64,000 bases of DNA. Source: an uncultured delta proteobacterium. GTDB lineage: Bacteria > Desulfobacterota > Binatia > Binatales > Binataceae. The stretch spans positions 271,436 to 335,435 of the forward strand of contig CAWAMM010000011.1 of the NCBI GenBank assembly GCA_963783145.1, in the 5' to 3' direction. The notes under the pieces were generated by a model. That model was given only the letters and a program-made list of their open reading frames with translations, was not told where the DNA came from and did no database searches. Shown here one piece after another: positions 1 to 11,053 of the stretch (positions are counted from its first letter, which is position 1; each line of letters starts with the position of its first letter). The position numbers and the translations under genes are program-made.

Positions 1-259
1 ATGTGCGAATCGAAGCGTACCTGACGACTGCTGCGGCCGGCCAATCCAGAATCGTCATTCCGGCCAGGAAGTGTTCCAGCTCGGCCTGACTCCTCTCTCG
101 CCGCGTCGACTTCGAGACACCGGTCCAAAGTTCCGCAACTGCAATGCACGATAGAACGATATCGGCGGGGGCAAGTCGGGCGAGTCTTCGTGCGGCCGCT
201 CTGGGATTACCCTTCATAGCGTATATGCAAATGTCCGAATCGAGCATTACTTTGGACAT
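1..259 (-). CDS. vapC: VapC PIN-domain toxin (truncated by window edge)
   Basis: Not in ORF track; hand translation gives MSKVMLDSDICIYAMKG...IVLSCIAVAELWTG..., the PIN N-terminal LDxD and AEL motifs; its ATG overlaps the vapB stop (TAATG). Confidence 0.88.
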   Translation of the reverse strand, partial: MSKVMLDSDICIYAMKGNPRAAARRLARLAPADIVLSCIAVAELWTGVSKSTRRERSQAELEHFLAGMTILDWPAAAVVRYASIRT

Positions 260-513
260 TACCAAGGCTTGGTCTGCTTGATTGGCGTATCTTCGATTTC
301 ATCAGGGAAGTCATCTGGCAGGGGATCTCGTCTGGCGAAGTACTCTTTCCAGGTTTTCCACGCCCGCGGTTCACGAGGCGTCAGAATGAGCTTCTCACCC
401 TTGCGCTCGATGAGCACCTCATCAACCTCGAGGCGGAATTCCTTGGGAATTCGCACCGCCTGACTGCGCCCGTTCTTGAATACTTTCGCGACCTTTGAAA
501 CCTTCGCTGCCAC
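259..513 (-). CDS. vapB: VapB antitoxin, AbrB/MazE-type DNA-binding fold
   Basis: AKVFKNGRSQAVRIPKEFR motif; directly upstream of PIN toxin. Confidence 0.92.
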   Translation of the reverse strand: MAAKVSKVAKVFKNGRSQAVRIPKEFRLEVDEVLIERKGEKLILTPREPRAWKTWKEYFARRDPLPDDFPDEIEDTPIKQTKPW

Positions 514-514
514 A

Positions 515-530
515 AATGATATATATCATT
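515..530. promoter_or_regulatory. vapBC operator overlapping probable -10 box
   Basis: Perfect 16-bp palindrome AATGATATATATCATT, 1 nt upstream of the vapB GTG. Confidence 0.7.
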
Positions 531-554
531 GATACATCACACGGCGCGACCTCG

Positions 555-585
555 AAAAAAGGCGCGGCATCGATGATGCCGCGCC
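555..585 (-). terminator. Intrinsic terminator after ilvC
   Basis: 11-bp stem GGCGCGGCATC/GATGCCGCGCC with A6 run on plus strand (U6 on minus). Confidence 0.8.
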
Positions 586-644
586 TCTTCTCATTCGAGA
601 TCCTTCGAAGACTCAGGGATGACTCCTCGCCTTCGGCTATGGAG

Positions 645-1661
645 TCAATTTCTCGCCTTATCCACCAACCGATCGCTTGCCAGCCATGGCATGAAGGAGC
701 GCAGCTTCTTTCCCACTTCCTCGACCGGATGATGCTCACCTTCCTTGCGCATCTCGCGGAAGTGCGGAAGACCCGCGCGGTACTCATTGATCCATTCGTT
801 GGCGAACTTGCCTGATTGGATATCGGCGAGGATCAGCTTCATCGCCTTGCGTGCGTCCTCGCTGACGACTTTCTTGCCGCGCGTCATGTCGCCGTATTCG
901 GCGGTGTTGCTGATCGAATAGCGCATGTTGGAGATACCGCCCTCGTAGATCAAATCGACGATCAACTTCACTTCATGCACGCATTCGAAATAAGCCATCT
1001 CGGGCGCGTAACCTGCCTCGACCAGCGTCTCATAGCCGGCGCGAATGAGTTCTGTCAGCCCGCCGCATAGTACCGATTGCTCGCCGAAGAGATCGGTCTC
1101 GGTTTCTTCCTTGAAGGTAGTCTCAATGATGGCCGCGCGCGCGCCGCCGATTGCCGCTCCATATGCGAGGCCGATCTTCGCGGTGTCTCCGGACGGATCC
1201 TGCTGCACTGCGAGGAGACACGGAACGCCCCGCCCTTTCGCATACTCGGAGCGGACCAAATGCCCAGGGCCCTTGGGCGCGATCATGAAAACATTGACGT
1301 CCTTGGGCGGCTTGATGAAACCGAAATGGATATTGAAGCCGTGACCAAAGGCGAGATACTTGCCGGGTTTGAGCGCAGGGACGATTTCTTTTTCATAAAT
1401 CTCGCCGCCCTGTTCGTCGGGCACCAGGATCATGATGATGTCGGCTTCCTTCGCGGCCTCCATGGTGTCGAGCACCTTGAGGCCGTTCTTGGTGGCCTTC
1501 TCGATGCTCGCACTGCCCTTGCGAAGGCCGACTCGCACATCCATCCCGCTGTCGCGCAGATTCAGCGCATGCGCATGACCCTGGCTTCCGTAGCCGATGA
1601 TGGCGATCTTCTTATCGCGAAGAAGGCTCAGGTCGGCGTCGCGATCGTAATAGACTTTCAT
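645..1661 (-). CDS. ilvC: Ketol-acid reductoisomerase
   Basis: [36 protein letters not shown] motifs. Confidence 0.98.
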   Translation of the reverse strand: MKVYYDRDADLSLLRDKKIAIIGYGSQGHAHALNLRDSGMDVRVGLRKGSASIEKATKNGLKVLDTMEAAKEADIIMILVPDEQGGEIYEKEIVPALKPGKYLAFGHGFNIHFGFIKPPKDVNVFMIAPKGPGHLVRSEYAKGRGVPCLLAVQQDPSGDTAKIGLAYGAAIGGARAAIIETTFKEETETDLFGEQSVLCGGLTELIRAGYETLVEAGYAPEMAYFECVHEVKLIVDLIYEGGISNMRYSISNTAEYGDMTRGKKVVSEDARKAMKLILADIQSGKFANEWINEYRAGLPHFREMRKEGEHHPVEEVGKKLRSFMPWLASDRLVDKARN

Positions 1662-1663
1662 GC

Positions 1664-2194
1664 TTATTCTCCTGCCTTTTGCGCCGGGCGCCGATTGTGA
1701 TTGTCACTGGGTTGGACCGCTCGCGCCATCGCGATTTTTCCCGAGCGCACGATCTCCTTGATCCCAAGCGGGCGGACCAGCGCGATGAATGCCTTGATTT
1801 TTTCTTCGTTGCCGGTGAGCTCCACGGTCACCGCGGTTCGGCCGATATCGACCACGTGGGCGCGAAAGGCGGTGACGATGGAATCTAGTTCGGAGCGAGT
1901 ACGCTCATCAACCGCGACCTTGACCATCACCATTTCGCGGTCGACGATGTCGACGCCCTGGAAATCCGTGACCTTGATCACGGAGACCAGCCGGTTCAGT
2001 TGTTTGTTGATTTGCTCGAGGATCGCGTCCTCTCCGGAGGAGACCAACACGATGCGCGAGACCGTCGGATCCAGCGGATCCTCGTTCACGGTGAGCGACT
2101 GGATGTTAAAACCGCGGCCCGAAAAAAGACCGGCCACGCGGGCCAGCACGCCGAATTCGTTCTCGACCAGTACCGATATTGTGTGGCTTGGCAT
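1664..2194 (-). CDS. ilvN: Acetolactate synthase small regulatory subunit
   Basis: ACT domain [25 protein letters not shown]; adjacent to ilvC. Confidence 0.96.
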   Translation of the reverse strand: MPSHTISVLVENEFGVLARVAGLFSGRGFNIQSLTVNEDPLDPTVSRIVLVSSGEDAILEQINKQLNRLVSVIKVTDFQGVDIVDREMVMVKVAVDERTRSELDSIVTAFRAHVVDIGRTAVTVELTGNEEKIKAFIALVRPLGIKEIVRSGKIAMARAVQPSDNHNRRPAQKAGE

Positions 2195-2231
2195 TCGGTG
2201 GTGTTCTAGCTCTCATGGCCGGATCCGCGGC

Positions 2232-2468
2232 TCAGTGTGCCTCGTGATGATTTTGATGACGCCCAATGATTGCCATCAGCTTGTCTTTCGAGGCCAGCTT
2301 GAGTTTTTGGATACGCTTTTTTTCGAGTTCCTCTTCGGTGCTTAGGTGGATTTTGTCGCGGAAGGCTTCCAGTTGATGCTTGAGCTCCTGATGTTCGAAG
2401 TACAGGGCGCGCATCGCGTCGTCATGAGTCATCAATTGCTGAACGATCTCTTCGTCTCGTCGCTCCAT
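2232..2468 (-). CDS. DUF465/YdcH-family small coiled-coil protein
   Basis: LYFEHQEL...IQKLKLASKDKL pattern, 78 aa. Confidence 0.75.
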   Translation of the reverse strand: MERRDEEIVQQLMTHDDAMRALYFEHQELKHQLEAFRDKIHLSTEEELEKKRIQKLKLASKDKLMAIIGRHQNHHEAH

Positions 2469-3247
2469 GGGTTCTCCTTGGCGGCGGCAACTGGAGGTGC
2501 CGCCACGGGTTTGAACGTGGCTTCCGCGCTGCGGATATAGAGCGGTTCGAGGGTCGCGGGCGTATCGATCTCGCCGCGCGATATCCTCTCCGCCGCCAAC
2601 GCCGCGACGTATCGGCCGCGCGAGTTATCCACTCCTTCCAAAACTGTGGATCGTATTCCTCGCTCGTTGAGTAACAACGATGCTTCCTTCGCTTTCGAAT
2701 CTCCGATCAGTATAACTCCATCCGAAAGCTCCGGGTAAAGATTCTGTAACCTTATTACCAAGGGTTGCGAAATCTTGTCCAGCCGATCGGCCCTCACGCG
2801 GTAAAGATTTGTGTAAACCTCTCCCTTGCGCGCATCAAGGATGGGACAAATCGACGTCCCCTCGACTGGCGAGGCCTGCTCGAATGCGGCAAGCGCTAGA
2901 CAATCAAACGTTGAAATACCAATCAAGGCACATCCTAGCGCAAGGACCAACCCCTTCGCATAGCCAAGGCCGACCCGCAGACCGGTGAATGATCCGGGCC
3001 CGAGGCCCACGGCGATACCCTGCAAATCTTTTAACTTGATGCCGGCTATGGTCAGCACTTCGGTGACCGCGCTCGGAAGTTCCGCGCCATGCGAGGCCGC
3101 CGATCGCGTGACCTCGGCGAGGACCTTGCTGTGCGAGACGACCGCCAACGATGCGGTCGCGCTTGCGGTATCCAGCCCGAGCAGCGGGCCAACTTCGGTG
3201 CCCAGCTCGAAAAGTCGGTCAGCCCTGAACAAGATGCGAGATGTCAT
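2432..3247 (-). CDS. tsaB: tRNA t6A37 biosynthesis protein TsaB (start uncertain)
   Basis: LGLDTAS, GPGSFTGLRVG, LDARKGEVY, LEPLYIR motifs. Confidence 0.94.
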   Translation of the reverse strand: MTSRILFRADRLFELGTEVGPLLGLDTASATASLAVVSHSKVLAEVTRSAASHGAELPSAVTEVLTIAGIKLKDLQGIAVGLGPGSFTGLRVGLGYAKGLVLALGCALIGISTFDCLALAAFEQASPVEGTSICPILDARKGEVYTNLYRVRADRLDKISQPLVIRLQNLYPELSDGVILIGDSKAKEASLLLNERGIRSTVLEGVDNSRGRYVAALAAERISRGEIDTPATLEPLYIRSAEATFKPVAAPPVAAAKENPWSDETKRSFSN

Positions 3248-4571
3248 TGAAGATGACGAACGCCATCAAGGCGACAACCAGGAGCAATCCTACTTGAAGC
3301 GCCATCTCACGCGTTCGCAGCGGCAGCGGCTTGCCGCGCAGTCCCTCAAAAACAAAGAACAGCAGATGCCCCCCGTCCAGCAGCGGCACCGGCAGCAGAT
3401 TGAGGATTCCGAGTTCGAGGCTCAGCATCACCATGAACATCAACACCGCCGAGAGACCTTCATGCGCTTGTTCGCCCGCCATGTGAGCGATCATGATCGG
3501 CCCGCCAAGCGCCTGACGTACTGGAGTGGACCCATCGACGATCTGCCAGATGCCGATCACCAGGGTTCCCGCCATATCGATGGTTTGAGTGACGCCGTGC
3601 TCGACCGCCGCGATGGGGCCATAGCGCTGTATGGTTATGCTTTCCTTGCGCGGCGTAACACCAATGATCCAGGTCGCGACTTTGGTGCCGTACACGGTCG
3701 GCTCTTGCTCGCTCTTGGGCGTGATAGTGACTTCACGGCGTACCATCGCGGATCCGGTACCGCGCTCGATACCTAGTTTCAGTGGACTTCCATTGCCGCC
3801 TTTGACCGCGGCGGAAAAATCATTCCAGAACTCGATCGGTTGGCCGTTGAGGGAGACGATGCGATCGCCGGGGAGCAGTCCGGCCGCGTGCGCGGGCAGT
3901 CCGTCCTTGGCCTCACCGACCACCGGCAGCAGCATCGGCACGCCCCACAGAAAGACCATCGTCATCAAGATCGGCGCGAAGAGGATATTCGAAAGCGGAC
4001 CGGCGAGCACGATTGCGAAGCGCTTCCACAAACTCTGAGTGGGGAATGAATGTTTCGCGAAGGATGCGAGCAGCGCCGGCGTTGGATGTTCGGCTAAAAA
4101 AGTTTGCGCATCGGCAACCGAATCGCGCGCATTGATCTCGCGCATCACTTCGGCTTCGTCCGGCCGCAACTCGTAGCCGATAACTTGAGGCACTTGAGTG
4201 TCCGGAGCGCCGAGGCGTTTCGCGAGCGCGAGGATCTTCTGATCCGGATCCTTCGAGGGTAGACTCCAGCGGTATTTTTCGGCGGCTTCGAGGACATCGA
4301 GCGCCAGCTCATGGACGTAATTCTGCAGTTCATCGGGGCGCGGGTCTTCGCCCACTTCCTCGCCGAGCATCCGCACGTAGCCGCCGAAGAAGGTGGCCGA
4401 GATGCAATAGTCGGTCCCTCCCCGTCGCACGCCCCAAATCCGCGGCGGATACCCGATCGAGAATCTGAGAACGCGCACCCCGAGCCGCTTCGCCATCGCG
4501 AAGTGTCCGGCTTCATGTACGACGATTAATACCCCGAGAATGATCGCGGCGGCGGCTATTGAAGTCAGCAA
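3219..4571 (-). CDS. rseP: RIP metalloprotease RseP (M50), one PDZ domain
   Basis: HEAGH, GGYVRM, NLLPVPLLDGG motifs; position after cdsA. Confidence 0.95.
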   Translation of the reverse strand: MLTSIAAAAIILGVLIVVHEAGHFAMAKRLGVRVLRFSIGYPPRIWGVRRGGTDYCISATFFGGYVRMLGEEVGEDPRPDELQNYVHELALDVLEAAEKYRWSLPSKDPDQKILALAKRLGAPDTQVPQVIGYELRPDEAEVMREINARDSVADAQTFLAEHPTPALLASFAKHSFPTQSLWKRFAIVLAGPLSNILFAPILMTMVFLWGVPMLLPVVGEAKDGLPAHAAGLLPGDRIVSLNGQPIEFWNDFSAAVKGGNGSPLKLGIERGTGSAMVRREVTITPKSEQEPTVYGTKVATWIIGVTPRKESITIQRYGPIAAVEHGVTQTIDMAGTLVIGIWQIVDGSTPVRQALGGPIMIAHMAGEQAHEGLSAVLMFMVMLSLELGILNLLPVPLLDGGHLLFFVFEGLRGKPLPLRTREMALQVGLLLVVALMAFVIFNDISHLVQG

Positions 4572-4643
4572 AACGCGCTCCTCCGAAATGTCTCCGAGCG
4601 AATGCCCCCGAGACGAAACGATGCGACTGCACGGGCCGTCGCA

Positions 4644-5435
4644 TCATCGGGAGTAATAGTAAGTCAAAACTGCCGCGAAAACCAGTGAACATGTTCGATC
4701 GAGCAATCCGCCGTGACCGGGGAAAATCCATCCGGAGTCCTTAACGCCGGCGACGCGCTTGAATGCCGAGTTGGCCAGGTCCCCGATGATTGCGAGGATT
4801 GCCACCAGCCCCGCAAAAGTGATCATGGCGGCGATGCTCCATTGTGGGACCAGCCAGGGCCGAAGAACCAGGCCTCCCGCGATCGATGCAATGATGCCTC
4901 CGATCGCGCCCTCGATGGTCTTGCCCGGGCTGACCTTGAATGCGAGCTTATGGCGTCCAATCGCGCGTCCGACGAAGTAGGCGCCGGTATCGGCGAGGAT
5001 CACGAGCAGCAGCATCAGAACGAACAGCTCGATGCCGTTGGGTCCGTTGCGTAGCAGCGCAAAGAATGGAAACAGTATGAAAACTGAACTGTAGCCGATA
5101 AGCGCCAATTTAAGATCTTTCGAAACGCTTTGCGCGCCGAGAGTGGCAACCCACCCTACTAGAAAAGTCATCAAGACAATGACAATTGCCGGAAGGATCC
5201 ATCCGCCATTATGGTCTACCAGATATCCAAGCAGGATCACTGCCGCGAATGCGAACAAACTCCAGCTGGATTCCTGTCCGGTAGACCCATCGCGCATCAT
5301 TTCGCGGACCTCGTACAGGCCCCACAAACCAAACACGCCGACCAGCAGCGTGAAGGCCCAATCGGGGAGAAAAAAGATCGCGGCGAGGAGGACCGGCAGC
5401 GCGACCGCCGCGCTCAGAAGCCTAGTTCTGAGCAC
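4644..5435 (-). CDS. cdsA: Phosphatidate cytidylyltransferase
   Basis: SPGKTIEG, KDSGWIFPGHGGLLDR motifs. Confidence 0.96.
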   Translation of the reverse strand: MLRTRLLSAAVALPVLLAAIFFLPDWAFTLLVGVFGLWGLYEVREMMRDGSTGQESSWSLFAFAAVILLGYLVDHNGGWILPAIVIVLMTFLVGWVATLGAQSVSKDLKLALIGYSSVFILFPFFALLRNGPNGIELFVLMLLLVILADTGAYFVGRAIGRHKLAFKVSPGKTIEGAIGGIIASIAGGLVLRPWLVPQWSIAAMITFAGLVAILAIIGDLANSAFKRVAGVKDSGWIFPGHGGLLDRTCSLVFAAVLTYYYSR

Positions 5436-6207
5436 GCAGCCGGGTGTCGCCGTCGGCGGGAACTCCGCCGAACCTGCGCTCGCGCGCCTGATACGCGGAC
5501 AGCGCGGTCAGAAATTCGCGCTCGCGGAAATCAGGCCATAACGTCTCGGTGAAATAGAGCTCCGTGTAAGCGAGCTGGAACAGGAAAAAGTTCGACACGC
5601 GCTGCTCGCCCGAGGTGCGGATGAAGAGGTCAGGATCCGGCATCGCGCCGGTCGCGAGCGATCTCGACACGGTCGCTTCGTCGATATCCTCGGGCTTCAG
5701 CGTTCCCGCTGCGACCGCATCGGCGATCTTGCGCACCGCCGAGGTGATATCCTGCCGCCCGCTATATGGGAGCGCGAGGCCGAGCGTCATGCCCTCATTC
5801 TTTGCGGTCATGGCGACCGTCTGCTCGAGCGCGTGACGCAACGCCGGCGCCAGCCGATCGCTTTCGCCGAGCGCGAGCACCTTGATATCGCGCTTCATCA
5901 GGCGCTTGCCCTCGGTAATGAGGTAACGGTGAAACAGACGCATCAGAAAATTTACTTCGGTGGAAGGACGCGCCCAGTTCTCATGCGAAAAGGCGAACAG
6001 GCTCAGATATGGGATGCCAAGTTCGCGCGCGGTTTCGACCACCGCGCGCACTGAATCCTTGCCGCGCCGATGGCCTTCATTGCGCCCGAGTCCGCGCCGC
6101 TGCGCCCAGCGCCCATTGCCGTCCATCACGATGGCGACGTGGCGCGGGAGCCGGTCGCGATCGAGAGATAGATTTGGAAATTCTTCGGTTGGTAGTGAAA
6201 TCGCCAC
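5422..6207 (-). CDS. uppS: Undecaprenyl diphosphate synthase
   Basis: HVAIVMDGNGRWA, RTSGEQRVSNF motifs. Confidence 0.97.
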   Translation of the reverse strand: MAISLPTEEFPNLSLDRDRLPRHVAIVMDGNGRWAQRRGLGRNEGHRRGKDSVRAVVETARELGIPYLSLFAFSHENWARPSTEVNFLMRLFHRYLITEGKRLMKRDIKVLALGESDRLAPALRHALEQTVAMTAKNEGMTLGLALPYSGRQDITSAVRKIADAVAAGTLKPEDIDEATVSRSLATGAMPDPDLFIRTSGEQRVSNFFLFQLAYTELYFTETLWPDFREREFLTALSAYQARERRFGGVPADGDTRLRAQN

Positions 6208-6252
6208 TGCTGGATGTGACCCGACGGATGCAGCCCCGATGCCCCCCTGCCG

Positions 6253-6810
6253 TCAGACCTCCATTATCTCCGCTTCTTTCGCTGCGAGGACTTTATCGAT
6301 CTTCTCGATGAATTCGGTGGTGAACTGCTGCACTTTGGCTTCCGCCGCGTGCAGGTCGTCTTCCGAGATTTTCTTTTCCTTGTGCAGGTCCTTGAGCATG
6401 TCATTGGCGTCGCGCCGATGATTGCGCACGCCCACGCGATGGTCTTCGGCCATTTTCTTGACGTGCTTGACCAGTTCCTTGCGCCGCTCCTGGGTCAGCT
6501 CGGGAATCGGGATTCGGATGATCTTGCCGTCGTTCTGAGGCGTCAAGCCCAGGTCGGAACTTTGGATCGCCTTTTCGATTTCGTGCAGCGCGGTCTTGTC
6601 GTACGGCGTGATGACGATGAGCCTCGGCTCCGGCGCCGCCAGCGAGGCCACCTGGCGAATGGGCGTCTTGGCCCCGTAGTAGTTTACCTGAAGTCCCTCA
6701 ACCAGACCTGTCGACGCGCGCCCGGTCCGGACCTTGGTCAGTTCATGACGGAACGCATCCACAGTCTTTTCCATCTCTGAACGCGCTAATTCAATAACCT
6801 CGCCCTGCAT
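6253..6810 (-). CDS. frr: Ribosome recycling factor
   Basis: VRTGRAS, IPELTQERRKELVK; 185 aa. Confidence 0.98.
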   Translation of the reverse strand: MQGEVIELARSEMEKTVDAFRHELTKVRTGRASTGLVEGLQVNYYGAKTPIRQVASLAAPEPRLIVITPYDKTALHEIEKAIQSSDLGLTPQNDGKIIRIPIPELTQERRKELVKHVKKMAEDHRVGVRNHRRDANDMLKDLHKEKKISEDDLHAAEAKVQQFTTEFIEKIDKVLAAKEAEIMEV

Positions 6811-6811
6811 C

Positions 6812-7576
6812 TTATGCCTCGCTCCCGACCCAGGTGCCGATAGTCTCCCCCATCACGGCTCTTCTTATATTACCCGGTTTGCGCAGATTGAAAACGATAA
6901 TCGGTAAACGATTATCCATACACATCGAGATAGCGGTGGAATCCATCACCTTGAGGCCGCGATTGAGCACATCTATATAGGTCAGCCGATCGAAGCGAAC
7001 CGCGCCGGCTTCTTTCAGGGGATCGCGGTCGTAGACTCCATCTACCGTATGACTCGCTTTAAGGATAACGTCGGCGCCGATTTCGAGCGCGCGCAGACTC
7101 GCCGCGCTGTCGGTGGTGAAGTATGGATTGCCGGTGCCGGCTGCGAACAGAATGACGCGACCTTTCTCGAGGTGGCGCACCGCGCGGCGGCGAATGTACG
7201 ACTCGGCCACCGATTGCATCGCGATCGCCGAGAGCACCCGGGTCGGCACCTTGATGCGCTCCAGCGCATGCTGTAAGGCGAGCGCGTTGATGACCGTCGC
7301 CAGCATACCCATCTGATCGGCGGTCGAGCGATCCATCCCGCGCGCCTCGTACTCGCTGCCACGCATCAGGTTGCCGCCCCCGATTACCATCGCGAGCTGG
7401 ATACCGAGGTCGTAAACTTCCTTGATTTCGAGGGCGATCTCAGCGAGCGCGTCGAGATCGATGCCATTGCTGCCGGCGGGCGCCAAAGCCTCGCCCGAGA
7501 GCTTCAGGAGCACGCGATTGTATCGAGGTAGGGGACTCAAACGGTTTTGAACCTCCGCCATCGTTTGCAATCCCAC
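6812..7576 (-). CDS. pyrH: UMP kinase (true start probably ATG at 7561)
   Basis: [22 protein letters not shown] motifs. Confidence 0.98.
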   Translation of the reverse strand: MGLQTMAEVQNRLSPLPRYNRVLLKLSGEALAPAGSNGIDLDALAEIALEIKEVYDLGIQLAMVIGGGNLMRGSEYEARGMDRSTADQMGMLATVINALALQHALERIKVPTRVLSAIAMQSVAESYIRRRAVRHLEKGRVILFAAGTGNPYFTTDSAASLRALEIGADVILKASHTVDGVYDRDPLKEAGAVRFDRLTYIDVLNRGLKVMDSTAISMCMDNRLPIIVFNLRKPGNIRRAVMGETIGTWVGSEA

Positions 7577-7615
7577 CCAGGATGCCGTCGACCTTGTTAA
7601 GTTAGCGGCTTCCAG

Positions 7616-7650
7616 CCCTCACTCTTGTCTCTCCCAGGAGGGAGAGAAGG
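7616..7650. repeat. REP-like CTCTCCC/GGGAGAG hairpin element
   Basis: CCCTCACTCTTG-TCTCTCCC-AGGA-GGGAGAGA between tsf and pyrH; related copy at 9296-9339. Confidence 0.55.
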
Positions 7651-7679
7651 TAAAGGTAGGCAGCCAGACTTCGGACCCT

Positions 7680-8309
7680 TTAGGACTGGGCGCCGTCTTC
7701 CGTTTTCGCCGCGATACCCTCGCCCAGCTGAAAGCGCACGAAGCGCCGGATATCGATTTTTTCGCCCGATTTGCCGGTGTACTCGCCAATCAGATCGGTG
7801 ATGGTCTTATTGGGATCTTTCACCCAACTTTGCTCCATCAGACAGGAATCTTTGTAAAACTTGTCGAGCTTGCCTTCGACGATCTTCGCGATGACCTGCG
7901 CGGGCTTGCCGCTGCCCTCAGCCTGCGAGGCGTAAATCTGCTTCTCCTGCTCCAGCACGTCGCTCGGGATCTCCTCCCGTTTGATGGAGCGCGGATTAGT
8001 CGCGGCGATCTGCATCGCGATGTCTTTCACCAGGGTCTGGAAATCCGCGCCCTTGGCGAAGAAGTCGGTCTCGCAATTAACCTCGACCAGCACCCCGAGC
8101 TTGCCGCCCGCATGAATATAGGAACCGACCGAGCCTTCCGAGGCGACGCGGCCCGCGCGCTTGGCAGCCGACGCGATGCCTTTCTCACGCAGCCATACGG
8201 TGGCCTTTTCGAGGTCACCCTTGCTCTCGGCCAGCGCCTTTTTGCAATCCATTACACCCGCGCCGGTCTTCTCCCGCAGCTCTCTTACGATATTGGCGTT
8301 GACTTCCAT
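7680..8309 (-). CDS. tsf: Elongation factor Ts (short 209-aa form)
   Basis: LREKTGAGVMDCKKAL, EVNCETDF motifs. Confidence 0.98.
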   Translation of the reverse strand: MEVNANIVRELREKTGAGVMDCKKALAESKGDLEKATVWLREKGIASAAKRAGRVASEGSVGSYIHAGGKLGVLVEVNCETDFFAKGADFQTLVKDIAMQIAATNPRSIKREEIPSDVLEQEKQIYASQAEGSGKPAQVIAKIVEGKLDKFYKDSCLMEQSWVKDPNKTITDLIGEYTGKSGEKIDIRRFVRFQLGEGIAAKTEDGAQS

Positions 8310-8358
8310 CGGTCCTGCTCTATGTCAAATTTGAAAAACGTTATTTACAGATACACGA

Positions 8359-8406
8359 ACCCGAGTCCGCGTTTCCCATTCGAAGCGATGGGGACGGGCC
8401 TCGGGT
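8359..8406 (-). terminator. Extended stem-loop between rpsB and tsf (possible attenuator)
   Basis: ACCCGAG...CTCGGGT outer stem, CCCAT/ATGGG inner stem; weak U tract. Confidence 0.45.
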
Positions 8407-8419
8407 CGCTCACTTACTA

Positions 8420-9193
8420 CTATACTGCGGGCGCCGTTTCAGCCGATCCGCCGCCATCGCCATTCGAACTCGGCCCCGAATCATCGATGCCCTTCTGACG
8501 CTCTTCGGCCAGATGCTTGCCCTCGATCGCCGCATCGGCAATCGCCGCGGTGAACAGCTTGATCGCGCGAATGGCGTCGTCGTTGCCGGGGATGCGATAG
8601 GCGATCAGGTCCGGATCACAATTGGTATCAACTACCGCGATCACCGGAATGCCGAGGCGCTGCGCCTCCGACACCGCGATGTATTCTTTCTTGGTGTCAA
8701 TGACCCACAGCGCGTCAGGCAGCTTGCGCATGTTCTTGATGCCGCCCAGCACCAGCATCAGCTTCTCATGCTCGCGGGCGTTGTCGCTCATCTCTTTTTT
8801 GGTGAGCGCGTTTTGCATCTCCGGATCGGCCATGATGTCTTCGAGCTTCTTGAGGCGCTCGATCGACGCGCGAATGGTCTGGAAGTTGGTCAGCATCCCA
8901 CCGAGCCATCGGTTGTTGACGAAGAACATGCCGCATCGTTCGGCTTCTTCCTTGACGATATCCTGCGCCTGCTTCTTGGTGCCGACGAACAGGATAGTGC
9001 CGCCCTGCGCGGAAATATCGCGCGCGAAGTCATAACAGGCGCGGAACATTTTCACGGTCTGTTGCAGGTCGATAATGTAGATGCCGTTGCGGGCCCCGAA
9101 GATGTACGGTTTCATCTTGGGGTTCCAGCGGCTGGTCTGATGGCCGAAGTGGACCCCGGCCTCCAGCAGCTGTTTCATAGAAATTTCGGTCAT
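8420..9193 (-). CDS. rpsB: 30S ribosomal protein S2
   Basis: [30 protein letters not shown] motifs. Confidence 0.99.
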   Translation of the reverse strand: MTEISMKQLLEAGVHFGHQTSRWNPKMKPYIFGARNGIYIIDLQQTVKMFRACYDFARDISAQGGTILFVGTKKQAQDIVKEEAERCGMFFVNNRWLGGMLTNFQTIRASIERLKKLEDIMADPEMQNALTKKEMSDNAREHEKLMLVLGGIKNMRKLPDALWVIDTKKEYIAVSEAQRLGIPVIAVVDTNCDPDLIAYRIPGNDDAIRAIKLFTAAIADAAIEGKHLAEERQKGIDDSGPSSNGDGGGSAETAPAV

Positions 9194-9295
9194 AATGTCT
9201 GTTTAGTCCTCAATTTTCGCGAGCGTAGCCCACCAACTTAGCAAGCTATTCGCCTCGTTCCAAACGGTAAATTTTCACAGTTGCCCACCCTCGAA

Positions 9296-9339
9296 CCTCT
9301 CCCGGCGCGGTAGCGCCACCCTCTCCCTTCAGGAGAGGG
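9296..9339. repeat. REP-like hairpin element
   Basis: CCTCTCCC-GGCGC-GGTA-GCGCC-A-CCCTCTCC-CTTCA-GGAGAGGG between rho and rpsB. Confidence 0.55.
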
Positions 9340-9362
9340 AACAAGGAAGGTGGACACCCTTT

Positions 9363-10799
<1,437 letters not shown>

Positions 10800-11053
10800 T
10801 TAACCTGAACTCCGTCCTGAACAGTCGTTCCAATGACGGCATTTGAAATCGTACGTGAAATCCCGCCCGAGTCAGGGCAATCCTGAGGATTAGACCCACC
10901 TAAGCGCTGGCGATCGGGTGCGGATAAGGTTTTCGCCGTGTCTCGGGTGTGAGAGGGGTTGGCCGACAGATTGGCCGAGGTTGCTTTGAACTTAACCCCA
11001 GCGTCCCAAAGTGCGGAAGCTACGATTAAACGTAACCAAGCCTTTAAAAGCTG

